Part shown: positions 28,167-38,230 of the stretch, piece by piece
How positions within the stretch are numbered: position 1 is the stretch's first letter
Layout of the letters: each line of letters starts with the position of its first letter
Source of the DNA: an uncultured virus (IMG/VR IMGVR_UViG_3300030102_006999)
Lineage: Duplodnaviria; Heunggongvirae; Uroviricota; Caudoviricetes
Reading direction: 5' to 3' (one strand)
Length of the DNA stretch: 64,000 bases
IMG/VR virus record: IMGVR_UViG_3300030102_006999
Translations under genes and position numbers: made by a program
Notes under the pieces: generated by a model
What the model saw: the letters and a program-made list of their open reading frames with translations, nothing else
Database searches by the model: none
What the model was told of the DNA's origin: nothing

Positions 28167-31152
28167 ACCTTTACTTGAAGTTACTTACGGAGAGCCACAG
28201 ATTCTTGGAGGAGTTGATGATGGACTTCCGGGAGCAGATTACGACGACTACATTGCTGTCCCTGTATATATTAACCAACAGCTGGGAGGTACATCCTATT
28301 TAAGAGCATCTGTCCCTTGGCATGATAAGACTAAAATACAGTATGCAGGACTTCTGCTCCCTCAGACTCTTGATGCGGAAGGCAATGTGGACCAAGACTG
28401 GCGCCTCTTTGTTAATAATGATCTAGAAAAGCAGGGCCTGTATATGACAACTAACGAAATGTTGCAGAATTCAATTGGCGGAAGCGTGTCCACCGATCGT
28501 ATATACCTCTACGGCGCCTACGAATCCATATTTGATGCGCGTATTACCATCTCAAAATCTTCACGCCAATGGCCGTACTGGAGAGTATATGATAATGTCG
28601 GAGAAATACTTCCAGAGGTTGATGGAAAATTTGTCTTATTCTATCACATATTTAAACCTGTTGGAACCCAAACTGGCACCCTTGGTTGGACCGGCGTGAT
28701 GGCTTCTCCGGCTGAGAGAATTCTGAACGTCACCGGCGTCGACGACGCTTTCAACAGTCCTGTCTGGGCTGAATTTGGAGTTACTGGCACCGCGCGCCGG
28801 ATATTTGCGAATACCATTGAGGTCGATGACACAGAAGATAACGAATCCGAGAATACCTTTGAGGCGGATATCATTCACAATCCGGATACCGCTCTTTACC
28901 ATATCCATGCTGGCTTTGATACTGCAAATGCTACGATTCCTGATTATGTGGGAGATGGTTTTGTAATCGAAAGCTCACCTGATGCACCATATATAACCCT
29001 AGTAGGTAGCTATTTCCTACCTGTACACGTCGGAGAATCACTTTCGGATATTGACCCGGGCGCCATCGCGTATGATCCACAGCAGGGAGATATTTCTGAT
29101 CAAATCTCCATGCTCAACTACACCGCCTTAGAGTCAGATATAGAATTTTTATTTACCACAGCATACAACGTGACCGACGAAGATGGCAATCAGGCTCTTC
29201 AAGCAACTCGAGAGTATCAGATCAGACCAAACACAATAAGGTACTTGAGAATTCCCGCAGAATACTCTCTTGATACTCAATACGACAATTCTAATCTATG
29301 GATTAAAAAAATCACTCCTGATAGTAGTCTCACATGGTCCAGATACGCCGACTTTGATGCATGGTTCGCCGGTACTGGTAATGATTATTCTGATTACGAT
29401 TTGGCCGCTATCCGGCGATGGATGTCCCCCGCATATGAAAGCAGCTCTTATCAAGAATCGAGTTTAGCGTATCGCGGTATCTTGAAAGATGATGGCTCTC
29501 ATTGGTTCCCTGTGGATCTATCAAACTCAGTTTCGCTGAAGATTGTACTCGCTACCGCTTCTGAATTGCCAGTTGCTGAAAGCCTATCAATAATAGATTT
29601 TGAGGGAAATGTCATCGAAGAGTTTAATCTTGGCGATTTGACTTACAGTGCAGATAATGAACAATGGTTTGCTCACGCGGAATTTGATTTTGGCAGAGTT
29701 TTTGTTGTCGATGGTTACTTTCCTGTATTTGAAACTGAAGAAGCCGCTTTAGAGTCTGATTATGGAAATGGAACTAGCACCCACACACACGTCTTAAGTG
29801 ATGGTATAACTTACTTCATGCCAGACGGTATCTCCGGTGGTCCCGGTGGCGGAATCCAGTTTCATGGTGATGCTGGACCAATCAATCCATTGACTGGACC
29901 CGCAGACGGCACTCTTGCCGGCGTGGAAGGTATTTTCCCTCTCTATAGATCAGAGGCAGCAGCTGCGGCCGCTAATTTTGGGTACCCTCCCGAAGAATTC
30001 GTAATCAGCGGCATATCTTACTGGATGCCCGGTGGCCTCTCGAATGAAGAGAAGTGGGTATTAAATAATTATGGATTGATTGTTACAAACCTTCTTATGA
30101 CACTAACCCAAACTGACTCTTATGGAGACGGCTGGAATGGTGTCGAATTCAATGTTTATACTCACGAAGGCGGAACCCTTCTTTCAACAAGCACGCTTGA
30201 ATCCGGCGCAGCAGGAACAGACGTAGTTGAGCTTCCAGCTGGAACATACTTCTGGGCACTTGAGAACGGAAATTGGGAAGAAGAAACTGGTTTTGTTCTA
30301 ACTTTGGATTCAGATGGTTCTACACTAGTATCTGGAGGCGGCGCGTATGAAACCGGCACTTTCACCATTTCCGCTCCCGCAGATGCAGGCGGTGGAGACG
30401 AAGGTGCGGGCGATCCCCCACCAGTAGACGGTGGCTCTGGAGATTCTGGAGAATTCGACTGGACTTTTGATGGACAATTGTCTGATATCGTAAAGGTAGT
30501 AAAAGGTCAGGATGCATCAGGCACTATGTCTATGATGTACTTAAAGGACAACGCTGGAAGCACAGATGTTTACATCACTCCAACAGTTACTGACTTCTCA
30601 CAGTTCACTCTAATGTCATACGCCGAAACAGGAATGACTGGCACACCGGTATCTGGCGAATACGCCCACAGTGGGTGCTTTGTTGTCGGAACTACCGAAG
30701 GAAACGTGTATAAGATTCAAGTGAATACTTATGGGTCTCCTTCTTCAGCAGAATTGCTTCACGCTTTTGGTGAAGGTTCTGTAAGTTCAGTAAGCTATTC
30801 CTCTGGATCTCAAGAGTGGCTTATGGAGCATGGCGGTAAAGTCTATACAATGCCTTACTATGGTGGTGCAGTAGAAATGAAAGTGGAACTACCATCCGGA
30901 GCAAAAGTAGTAGACTTTGCAGTTGGTCCTGATGGTGTCGCTATGACCCTTCAAATGACAGATTTCAGTTTGGCTGCATATATTGCAGGCCCAGATTGGT
31001 CTGAAATTAATGATCCCTCAACTATGTCAGCAGTCTTAACTGCAATCGGCCCATCCGATTTCAACTATTTTGTTGATGTAGACATGTGGATCGCAGCCAG
31101 TTCGGATGGTTCATTTGTAACAACAAGTGATATCAACAACTGGTTAGAATAA
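28153..31152 (+). CDS. Large acidic mosaic surface/decoration protein (DUF5011-like Ig domain, DSYGDGWNG domain)
   Basis: APYITLVG...DPGAIAYDPQQGDIS...YNVTDEDGN (Ig-like); two FP(V/L)(F/Y)xxE..A...Y(F/W)MPxG repeats; DSYGDGWNG. Confidence 0.65.
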   Translation: MAWNKPLLEVTYGEPQILGGVDDGLPGADYDDYIAVPVYINQQLGGTSYLRASVPWHDKTKIQYAGLLLPQTLDAEGNVDQDWRLFVNNDLEKQGLYMTTNEMLQNSIGGSVSTDRIYLYGAYESIFDARITISKSSRQWPYWRVYDNVGEILPEVDGKFVLFYHIFKPVGTQTGTLGWTGVMASPAERILNVTGVDDAFNSPVWAEFGVTGTARRIFANTIEVDDTEDNESENTFEADIIHNPDTALYHIHAGFDTANATIPDYVGDGFVIESSPDAPYITLVGSYFLPVHVGESLSDIDPGAIAYDPQQGDISDQISMLNYTALESDIEFLFTTAYNVTDEDGNQALQATREYQIRPNTIRYLRIPAEYSLDTQYDNSNLWIKKITPDSSLTWSRYADFDAWFAGTGNDYSDYDLAAIRRWMSPAYESSSYQESSLAYRGILKDDGSHWFPVDLSNSVSLKIVLATASELPVAESLSIIDFEGNVIEEFNLGDLTYSADNEQWFAHAEFDFGRVFVVDGYFPVFETEEAALESDYGNGTSTHTHVLSDGITYFMPDGISGGPGGGIQFHGDAGPINPLTGPADGTLAGVEGIFPLYRSEAAAAAANFGYPPEEFVISGISYWMPGGLSNEEKWVLNNYGLIVTNLLMTLTQTDSYGDGWNGVEFNVYTHEGGTLLSTSTLESGAAGTDVVELPAGTYFWALENGNWEEETGFVLTLDSDGSTLVSGGGAYETGTFTISAPADAGGGDEGAGDPPPVDGGSGDSGEFDWTFDGQLSDIVKVVKGQDASGTMSMMYLKDNAGSTDVYITPTVTDFSQFTLMSYAETGMTGTPVSGEYAHSGCFVVGTTEGNVYKIQVNTYGSPSSAELLHAFGEGSVSSVSYSSGSQEWLMEHGGKVYTMPYYGGAVEMKVELPSGAKVVDFAVGPDGVAMTLQMTDFSLAAYIAGPDWSEINDPSTMSAVLTAIGPSDFNYFVDVDMWIAASSDGSFVTTSDINNWLE

Positions 31153-31222
31153 ATACAAAGGGCACTAACCCCTAAAGTTAGTAAACATATTTAATTAGGG
31201 AAACCCCCAAGGAGAAAATAAT

Positions 31223-34156
31223 ATGTCAGATGATAATCCAAATATCGTAAGAGTCCCACGTACCAGAGTTGGTATAGATCAAGTGGACTTAAGAATTGAG
31301 AAGGATGGTGAACTCTATTCTTCTATGACTGCCCTTAAACAATCAGCCGGCTTTGATGAGTCTGCTGCTCATGGTAGTGTTGATGTATCAGCACTTATCG
31401 ATTTCAAGTTGGCCCAGATGCCAATGACCTTGTTAGAGTATTCGGAATTAGTTTCAAAAGACGCTCTAGTCAACGTTCGCTTCTTGGAATCACAAGAAGA
31501 GGGTGTTCGCACCGACATGGCAGCCGACAAAGCTGAACTTCGAAGCGAAATGGCGGCTGATAAAGCCGAGCTTGAAGGTGAACTCGCAGCAGAGCAAGCA
31601 CGCGCTGAAGGCGTAGAAAGCGATCTTCAAGACGCTATCACAGCTGAAGAGACTCGTGCTCTTGCAGCAGAAGGTGTTCTCACCGCAGATCTTGCAAGCG
31701 AAGTTGCTACTCGCACTTCAGAGATTACACGTCTCGATGGCCGCGTAGACAGCGTACTTAGCAACATTGATCCCGCAGCCCTTGACTCTTTAACAGAAGT
31801 TGTTACAGCTTTCCAAGGCGCAGACAGCGATCTTAATGATGCGATCTCTGCTCTTACAACCGATGCATTTAATGATAGAGCAGCTATTCGGTCCGAATTT
31901 GCAGCAGCAGATGATGTTGTTCGTGGTGAATTTGCAGAAGATCTCGCGGGTGAAAGAACGCAGCGTGAAGCAGCCGACGCTGGTCTTCAGACTTCTCTTG
32001 ATTCTGAAGTCGCTCGCGCTCAAGAAGCAGAAAACGCACTCGCAGCTGATCTTGGAAGCGAGATTTCACGCGCTCAAGCAGCAGAAAGTGCTCTTCAAGA
32101 TGCTATCGATCTAGAAGCTGAATCTGCTCGTGCAGCAGAATTGGTTCTTACCAACGATCTTGCAGCAGAAGTTGCACGCGCTCAAGCCGCAGAAGCAGCA
32201 AACGCCGACAACATTTCGGGCCTTAGTGATTCTCTTCAATCCGAAGTAACTCGCGCATCTGAAGCAGAAGCAGCAAATGCTCAAGCTATCCAAGACGAAG
32301 CAGGTCGTGCATCTGCAGCAGAAGAAGCAAATACTCAAGCTATCATTGGAGAAGCAACTCGCGCTCAAGAAGCAGAAGGTGTTCTCACATCAAATCTTGC
32401 AGCCGAAGTTGCTGATCGTGCAGCAGGTGATGCAGCACTCCAAGCAGCTTTAGACGCACACGCCGCAGCCAATGTCGAATCTTTCAACATCGAAAGTACT
32501 CAACGTGCAGCAGGTGATGCAGCAGCTATGGCTGGCATTGATGCTGAAGCAGCACTTCGCCAAGCCGGTGATGAAGCACAAGCAGCCGCTCTTACTACTT
32601 TCATCAATACCGACTACGCTGATTTTGTTTCATACTTTGACCAAACACAAGCAGAACAAAACGGACTAATTGAAGCAGCAACAGATGACCGCGCTCTGAT
32701 TCGTACAGAAATGGAAACTGAATCGCAAGCTCGCGAAGCCGCAGAAGCAGCAATTGCATCTGATCTTGTAGTTCACATCGACAACTTCAACGGATATGTT
32801 GAAGTAAACGACGCAGCTCTTGCAACTGAAACCGCTCGCGCTCAAGAAGCAGAAGGCGCAAACTCTGCAGCTATCTCAGCTGAAGTTGTACGTGCAGAAG
32901 CAGCAGAAGCTGTACTTCAAGGCAATATCGATACAGAAGCAGGAAGAATTGACGCAATCCTTGAAGCTTCTGAAGCCGACAAGGACAGCTTTGCTGAAAT
33001 CGTTACTTTGATCAACTCTGTTGACACTGAAAACGACGAAGCTTTCGCATCTTATGTCCTTTCAAACAACGCAGCTCTTGATCAAGCAAGAAGTGATTTC
33101 GAAGCTGCCGACTCTGCCGCAACTGATGATCGCGCAGCTATCCGCTCTGAATTCGCAGCAGCAGACTCTGTTCTTGAAACAGCAATGCTTGCAGCTATCG
33201 GAGTTGTTCAAGCTGATGTCGATCAGAATGAATCTGATGCAGACGCAGCTATCGCAGCCCTTCAAGCTGACGTTGACGGAAACGAAGCAGCCTCTAACGA
33301 AGCACTCGAAGCAGCTACAGAGGACCGCGCAGCTATCCGCTCTGAATTCGCAGCAGCAGACTCTGCTCTTGAAGCAGCAATGCTTGCAGCTATCGGAGTT
33401 GTTCAAGCTGATGTTGATCAAAATGAAGCTGATGCAGACGCAGCTATCGCAACAGAGCAAGCACGCGCAGAACTGGCAGAACAAATTCTGACAGATGAAT
33501 TAGTCAAGGTGAATGATGATCTCGCTCAAGAACTTGCTGATCGTGTCGCAGCCGACACAGCAATCGCAGACGATCTCGCTCAAGAACTTCTTGATCGTGC
33601 ATCTGGCGACGCAGCCGAAAGAGCATTCGCTCTCGACGCTCGTAATGAGATGAAAGAAGAACTCGAAGCCAGCATCTCTGAAGTTGCAGTTGCTTTGTCT
33701 ACTTATGAGACTAGTAATGACGCAGCTCTTGCGTCAGAAATCTCAACTCGCACCACCGCTGACGCATCACTTCAAGCTCAAATCGACGCTTTGACAGGAG
33801 ACCTTGGAGATCTAGGTGATGGCAACGCAGCAGACCTTGCAGCTGAAATCGCTCGCGCAACTGGCGTAGAGGCAGCCTTGGCCGCCGATGTTCTGGCTCT
33901 TCACGGTAGAAGTGTAATGGCAGAAATGGTGTCTACTCAAGATTTCGATGCAGGCCAGTTTGTTATCGGCCAAGACTTTTTCTCGGACTTGGTTATGCCA
34001 AAAGCTGTTTTTGTCAATGGTATGAGACTACAATCTGCAGAATTCACCATGGATGTTATCGATGGTGCATTCCAGAAGATTGATTTCTTGATTCCAGTTT
34101 ATGTTGGTGACGTTATCGTTATCGATGCAGAAAAGAAGATTGATCTTCAGTCATAA
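31223..34156 (+). CDS. Long Ala/Glu-rich coiled-coil fibre protein
   Basis: Many ExxRAxxAExxL repeats; LDSLTEV and DSFAEIV neck-like motifs; C-terminal VFVNGMRL...GDVI beta domain. Confidence 0.75.
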   Translation: MSDDNPNIVRVPRTRVGIDQVDLRIEKDGELYSSMTALKQSAGFDESAAHGSVDVSALIDFKLAQMPMTLLEYSELVSKDALVNVRFLESQEEGVRTDMAADKAELRSEMAADKAELEGELAAEQARAEGVESDLQDAITAEETRALAAEGVLTADLASEVATRTSEITRLDGRVDSVLSNIDPAALDSLTEVVTAFQGADSDLNDAISALTTDAFNDRAAIRSEFAAADDVVRGEFAEDLAGERTQREAADAGLQTSLDSEVARAQEAENALAADLGSEISRAQAAESALQDAIDLEAESARAAELVLTNDLAAEVARAQAAEAANADNISGLSDSLQSEVTRASEAEAANAQAIQDEAGRASAAEEANTQAIIGEATRAQEAEGVLTSNLAAEVADRAAGDAALQAALDAHAAANVESFNIESTQRAAGDAAAMAGIDAEAALRQAGDEAQAAALTTFINTDYADFVSYFDQTQAEQNGLIEAATDDRALIRTEMETESQAREAAEAAIASDLVVHIDNFNGYVEVNDAALATETARAQEAEGANSAAISAEVVRAEAAEAVLQGNIDTEAGRIDAILEASEADKDSFAEIVTLINSVDTENDEAFASYVLSNNAALDQARSDFEAADSAATDDRAAIRSEFAAADSVLETAMLAAIGVVQADVDQNESDADAAIAALQADVDGNEAASNEALEAATEDRAAIRSEFAAADSALEAAMLAAIGVVQADVDQNEADADAAIATEQARAELAEQILTDELVKVNDDLAQELADRVAADTAIADDLAQELLDRASGDAAERAFALDARNEMKEELEASISEVAVALSTYETSNDAALASEISTRTTADASLQAQIDALTGDLGDLGDGNAADLAAEIARATGVEAALAADVLALHGRSVMAEMVSTQDFDAGQFVIGQDFFSDLVMPKAVFVNGMRLQSAEFTMDVIDGAFQKIDFLIPVYVGDVIVIDAEKKIDLQS
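33131..33451 (+). repeat. Internal in-frame direct repeat, 126 nt x2 (33131-33256 and 33326-33451)
   Basis: Five mismatches by eye; period 195 nt = 65 codons. Confidence 0.9.
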
Positions 34157-34191
34157 GCATAAATAAAAGATAGATAAGCAATTATTTATCT

Positions 34192-34226
34192 CGCCCTCCC
34201 ATATTTTATGGGAGGGCGTTTTTTTT
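34192..34226 (+). terminator. Rho-independent terminator after the fibre gene
   Basis: CGCCCTCCCATA-TTT-TATGGGAGGGCG followed by T8. Confidence 0.9.
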
Positions 34227-34258
34227 ATGACTATTTAAGGGAAAAAGGGGAATTTTAG

Positions 34259-34663
34259 ATGATTAATAAGATATTTTCTTTCTTTCAAAAGAAACAAGAA
34301 GAGCCGCAAGATGCACAACAATATCCAGAGCCAGAACCAGAACCCGAACCAGAACCAGAACCCGAACCAGAGCCTGCGCCGTTACCAGATGTCATTGAAA
34401 TTCCTTGGTCCCAGTGCGCTCGAATCAAAAATATAGAAGTAGCTTTAGAAAAGGTGCACAAGGATTATAAAGAATTCTTATATAAGAATAAAATAACTGA
34501 AAAGAAGACCTTTACCTTGATCGACACATTTGAGGAAACTTCTGAAAAAGCTATTCAAGAATTGAAAGAAATCTATAAGATAGTTGATGAACAAGATTAC
34601 TATTTTGTGCTCCCTGAAGGAACAGGTCGCCCGGGCTATCTTAAAAAGAAGGAAAGCAAATAA
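34259..34663 (+). CDS. Hypothetical protein with (PE)8 linker
   Basis: ACTATTTA at 34230; CCnGAR tandem repeat at 34325-34372. Confidence 0.65.
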   Translation: MINKIFSFFQKKQEEPQDAQQYPEPEPEPEPEPEPEPEPAPLPDVIEIPWSQCARIKNIEVALEKVHKDYKEFLYKNKITEKKTFTLIDTFEETSEKAIQELKEIYKIVDEQDYYFVLPEGTGRPGYLKKKESK

Positions 34664-34689
34664 ATATTCCGACTTTGGAAAAATAAGAA

Positions 34690-34699
34690 ACTATTTATA
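34690..34699 (+). promoter_or_regulatory. Putative late promoter ACTATTTATA of tail sheath
   Basis: Intergenic, about 40 nt before ATG 34740. Confidence 0.6.
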
Positions 34700-34739
34700 T
34701 TGTGAAATAACAAATCTAGATTTGAAGGAGAATCTTTAG

Positions 34740-37586
34740 ATGTCAGTCAAAAAGTTCAAATTTGTATCTCCCGGGGTTTTCCTCAGCGAGATTGACAACT
34801 CACAGCTTCCAGCTGTGCAAGACGCATTAGGTCCAGTTATTATAGGCCGTACAGCGTATGGTCCAGCGATGAGACCAGTAACCGTCGACTCTATGGTAGA
34901 GTTTACAGAAATTTTCGGTGCACCCGTTCCCGGCCAATCCGGTGGTGATGTATGGCGTGAAGGTAACCAACAAGGACCAACTTACGCTTCTTACGCTGCA
35001 CAGGCTTATTTAAGAGGCAATGTAGGTCCAGTAACAATTATGAGGCTTTTAGGTCAAGAAAACGCCAACTACACCGGCGGAGATGCATATTCTGAAAAAG
35101 GTGCTGCAGGATGGACCCTAGAAGGCGATGCAGCCTCTGGCGATGGCGGAGCTTGGGGTTTATTTTTGATTGACTCTGGTTCTGGACTTCGGCAAGGAGA
35201 GTTAGCAGCAGTTTGGTATATCCATTCTGGAACAATCGAGCTTACTGGAACTCTCGCAGGCGGAGGATCTGCCGATCAAGGCGCATATGGTCTGTTCAAC
35301 AATGAAGGTACTTCAACACAACCTGAATATCAAGCTGTGATCAAAAAAGGTTCTAATGTTGTCCACCGTACAGCATTTAACTTTAATCCAAGTTCTGCTA
35401 AATTTGTAAGAGAGGTCTTTAATACAAACCCGCAACTTACAAATAGCGAAGTTGTTGATGCAAGCTCTTTAAAAAGCGGAGAAGGTTCTTATTGGCTAGG
35501 GGAGACTTTTGAGTATGGCATCGAACGCGCCCTTGAGAGATCTGTTCTTACAAATCCACACGCAATGATTGTGGCTCTTAATGATGGTGCTACAGATCGC
35601 TCTAACATGAGAAAGAGTTATGAAACTGCAGCAACCGGATGGTTCATTGCTCAAGATTTGACAAGCAATTGGGCTACATACAGCGCCGAAACCCAAACAG
35701 AACTATTCAGAATCGTTGCTAGAGATGGTGGTGAGTGGTCGCAGGGAAATTTAAAAATCTCAATTGAAAATATTAAGGCATCTACTAGCTTATCTACTCC
35801 ATACGGAACATTTGATGTGGTAGTTAGGAGAGCCTTAGACTCTGATAGCGTTGTTAGTTATATTGAAAGATTTTCTAACTTAACTCTGAATCCGGCCTCC
35901 GAAAAATACATTGGTCTCGTAATCGGTGATAAATTTATGGAGTATGACGAAAGCCAAAGCCGATTAAGAGAATACGGTCAATACGATAATAAATCTAAAT
36001 ATATTAGAGTAGAAGTAAAAGACGACGTTGCAAGCGGCTTGACTGATCCAGCATTCTTACCATATGGCGTCACTGGTCCTTTAGTCCCTGTTTCGGTCCA
36101 ACTTACTTCTGGATCAAACTCGCAAAGCCCTCAACACGGAAAAGCCTCTATTATCTTAAGCGGATCCGCATCTGGAATTTCAACTATCTCTTTGGCTCCA
36201 ACGTCGACTCAATATAACGCCGGCGGCTATACAAATCATACTTGCTCTTTGAACTGGTCAAGAACGGACCTTAGACAGAAGGCTACTGACGGCGGAATAT
36301 CAAACTCGAAAGATGCTTTTTTCGGAGCTACTTCTGGACAAGATTTGCGAACCGGAAATGGAAAATTTGATAAATCTTGGCCTGATTATTTAAGATCTTT
36401 CCCAACAGATTTACAAGACACTCTATATCCTTCTTGGTGGTTCAGTCTAGATGACGTAACAGTTCAAGACGCTGGCACAGATGCACAGTGGGTATCGGGC
36501 TCAAGAGCATCGGGTACTTCGACAACCGCCCTGTCCGGATCCAGAGCGATCCTTGACTCGGGATATAATAGCTTTACTACTCCTATGTGGGGCGGATTCG
36601 ACGGACTAAAAGTCCAAGAAATCGAACCATTCAGAAATAGTGCCATGTCAGCTTCTGACACAGAGAAAACTAACTATGCGGTCAACAGTGTCAAACAAGC
36701 GTTACAAAGCCTAGCAGATCCAGAATTTGTAGAATACAATCTTATGGCAATGCCCGGGATTACCAATACTAAGCTTACACAGCAAATGATCGACACTTGT
36801 GAAGCTAGAGCAGATGCCCTAGCAATATTAGATCTCGAAGACGTGTATGACCCATTCACTGAAGGAACAGATTCTTTCAAGAAAAGAATCAGTCTACCAT
36901 CCGAGACTATTACCGCTTTGAGCGCTAGACAAATTGATAGTTCTTACGCATGTGCATACTATCCTTGGGTTCAAATAAGAGATACTACTCTTTCAAGAGT
37001 GCTCTGGGTTCCACCTTCGGTTGTCGCCCTAGGTACCATGGCAGGATCAGAAGCAAAGTCAGCTGTATGGTTCGCACCAGCAGGATTCAATCGCGGTGGC
37101 TTAACAGAAGGCGCCGCAGGAGTTCCAGTAACTGGTTTAACTTATAAGCTTACATCTAGAGATCGAGACTCTCTTTACGATGCAAATATCAACCCAATCG
37201 CGTCCTTCCCATCAGAAGGTATTGTGATGTTCGGCCAAAAGACTCTTCAAGTACAAAAATCTGCACTCGATAGAATCAATGTTAGAAGGCTTATGATTTT
37301 TGTTAAGAAGCAAATCTCTAGAATTGCATCACAACTACTCTTCGACCAAAATGTTAGAACGACTTGGAATAGATTCACAAGTCAAGTTAATCCTTTCTTG
37401 GCGAGTATCCAATCCGGTCTCGGATTATCGGAGTTTAAAGTTGTCTTGGATGAGACTACTACTACTCCAGATCTCATTGATCAAAACATTATGTATGCTA
37501 AAATCTTCTTGAAGCCAGCAAGAGCGATTGAGTACATTGCAGTTGATTTCGTTATTACGAGAACTGGCGCATCTTTCGAAGACTAA
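34740..37586 (+). CDS. Tail sheath protein (gp18-like)
   Basis: FVSPGVFLSEID, YYPWV, VPPS, WFAPAGFNRG, INPIASFP, FGQKTLQ, ALDRINVRRL, LKPARAIEYI. Confidence 0.97.
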   Translation: MSVKKFKFVSPGVFLSEIDNSQLPAVQDALGPVIIGRTAYGPAMRPVTVDSMVEFTEIFGAPVPGQSGGDVWREGNQQGPTYASYAAQAYLRGNVGPVTIMRLLGQENANYTGGDAYSEKGAAGWTLEGDAASGDGGAWGLFLIDSGSGLRQGELAAVWYIHSGTIELTGTLAGGGSADQGAYGLFNNEGTSTQPEYQAVIKKGSNVVHRTAFNFNPSSAKFVREVFNTNPQLTNSEVVDASSLKSGEGSYWLGETFEYGIERALERSVLTNPHAMIVALNDGATDRSNMRKSYETAATGWFIAQDLTSNWATYSAETQTELFRIVARDGGEWSQGNLKISIENIKASTSLSTPYGTFDVVVRRALDSDSVVSYIERFSNLTLNPASEKYIGLVIGDKFMEYDESQSRLREYGQYDNKSKYIRVEVKDDVASGLTDPAFLPYGVTGPLVPVSVQLTSGSNSQSPQHGKASIILSGSASGISTISLAPTSTQYNAGGYTNHTCSLNWSRTDLRQKATDGGISNSKDAFFGATSGQDLRTGNGKFDKSWPDYLRSFPTDLQDTLYPSWWFSLDDVTVQDAGTDAQWVSGSRASGTSTTALSGSRAILDSGYNSFTTPMWGGFDGLKVQEIEPFRNSAMSASDTEKTNYAVNSVKQALQSLADPEFVEYNLMAMPGITNTKLTQQMIDTCEARADALAILDLEDVYDPFTEGTDSFKKRISLPSETITALSARQIDSSYACAYYPWVQIRDTTLSRVLWVPPSVVALGTMAGSEAKSAVWFAPAGFNRGGLTEGAAGVPVTGLTYKLTSRDRDSLYDANINPIASFPSEGIVMFGQKTLQVQKSALDRINVRRLMIFVKKQISRIASQLLFDQNVRTTWNRFTSQVNPFLASIQSGLGLSEFKVVLDETTTTPDLIDQNIMYAKIFLKPARAIEYIAVDFVITRTGASFED

Positions 37587-37599
37587 AATAAAAACAGTC

Positions 37600-37607
37600 A
37601 CTATTTA
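37600..37607 (+). promoter_or_regulatory. Putative late promoter ACTATTTA of tail tube
   Basis: Intergenic between sheath and tube genes. Confidence 0.6.
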
Positions 37608-37633
37608 AAGATATATAAGGAGTTTTTAAAACA

Positions 37634-38209
37634 ATGGCATTTTGGACAGACGCACAAAACAAAGATCCGAAAAGAGCATATAGGTTTATTGTCAATATTG
37701 GCAACATGCCTAACGGTGCACAATGGTATGCGAAGTCGGTTAAGAAACCGGCTATCTCTATTACCGAAGTAGATCACAGCTTTTTGAATCACAAATTTTA
37801 CTACCCCGGTCGCGCTGAATGGGATACAGTAGAGGTTACTCTAGTAGACCCAGTTAGCCCAGACGCTGCAGCAAACACAGCTGCAATTCTTCAGGCAAGT
37901 GGATATACGCCACCAATCGACGTTACTTCCACAACTACCATCTCAAAGCAAGATGCAGTAAACGCCCTCGGCGGAGTTATCATTCAGCAAATTGATTCTG
38001 AAGGTAATCCAATGGAAACATGGACTCTTTGGAATCCGTTCATTACTGGCGTAACTTACGGAGATTTGAGCTATGAAGAAGATTCTCTAACAGAAGTCAC
38101 AATTACTATTCGCTATGATTGGGCAGTATTGGAGACAGCTAATGCCGCACAAGCTGGCGGAACAGCAGCAGCATTCAACCGAAACGAGTTCTTTAAACCC
38201 GGAAGCTAA
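37634..38209 (+). CDS. Tail tube protein (gp19-like)
   Basis: PKRAYRF, YYPGRAEWDTVEVTLVDP, ETWTL, GDLSY, VTITIRYDWA; follows the sheath gene. Confidence 0.88.
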   Translation: MAFWTDAQNKDPKRAYRFIVNIGNMPNGAQWYAKSVKKPAISITEVDHSFLNHKFYYPGRAEWDTVEVTLVDPVSPDAAANTAAILQASGYTPPIDVTSTTTISKQDAVNALGGVIIQQIDSEGNPMETWTLWNPFITGVTYGDLSYEEDSLTEVTITIRYDWAVLETANAAQAGGTAAAFNRNEFFKPGS

Positions 38210-38230
38210 TATAAAAACGAGAGGTGTTAA

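Noticed and set aside
33062..33484. Cys-rich minus-strand ORF and other antisense or alternate-frame ORFs in the track
   Set aside because: They are shadows of GCA/GAA-rich sense codons lying wholly inside well-supported + strand genes, with no SD or recognisable motifs.
34325..34372. CCnGAR tandem repeat as a phase-variable or DGR element
   Set aside because: In-frame hexamer with synonymous variation encoding a (PE)n linker; no reverse transcriptase or template/variable repeat pair seen.
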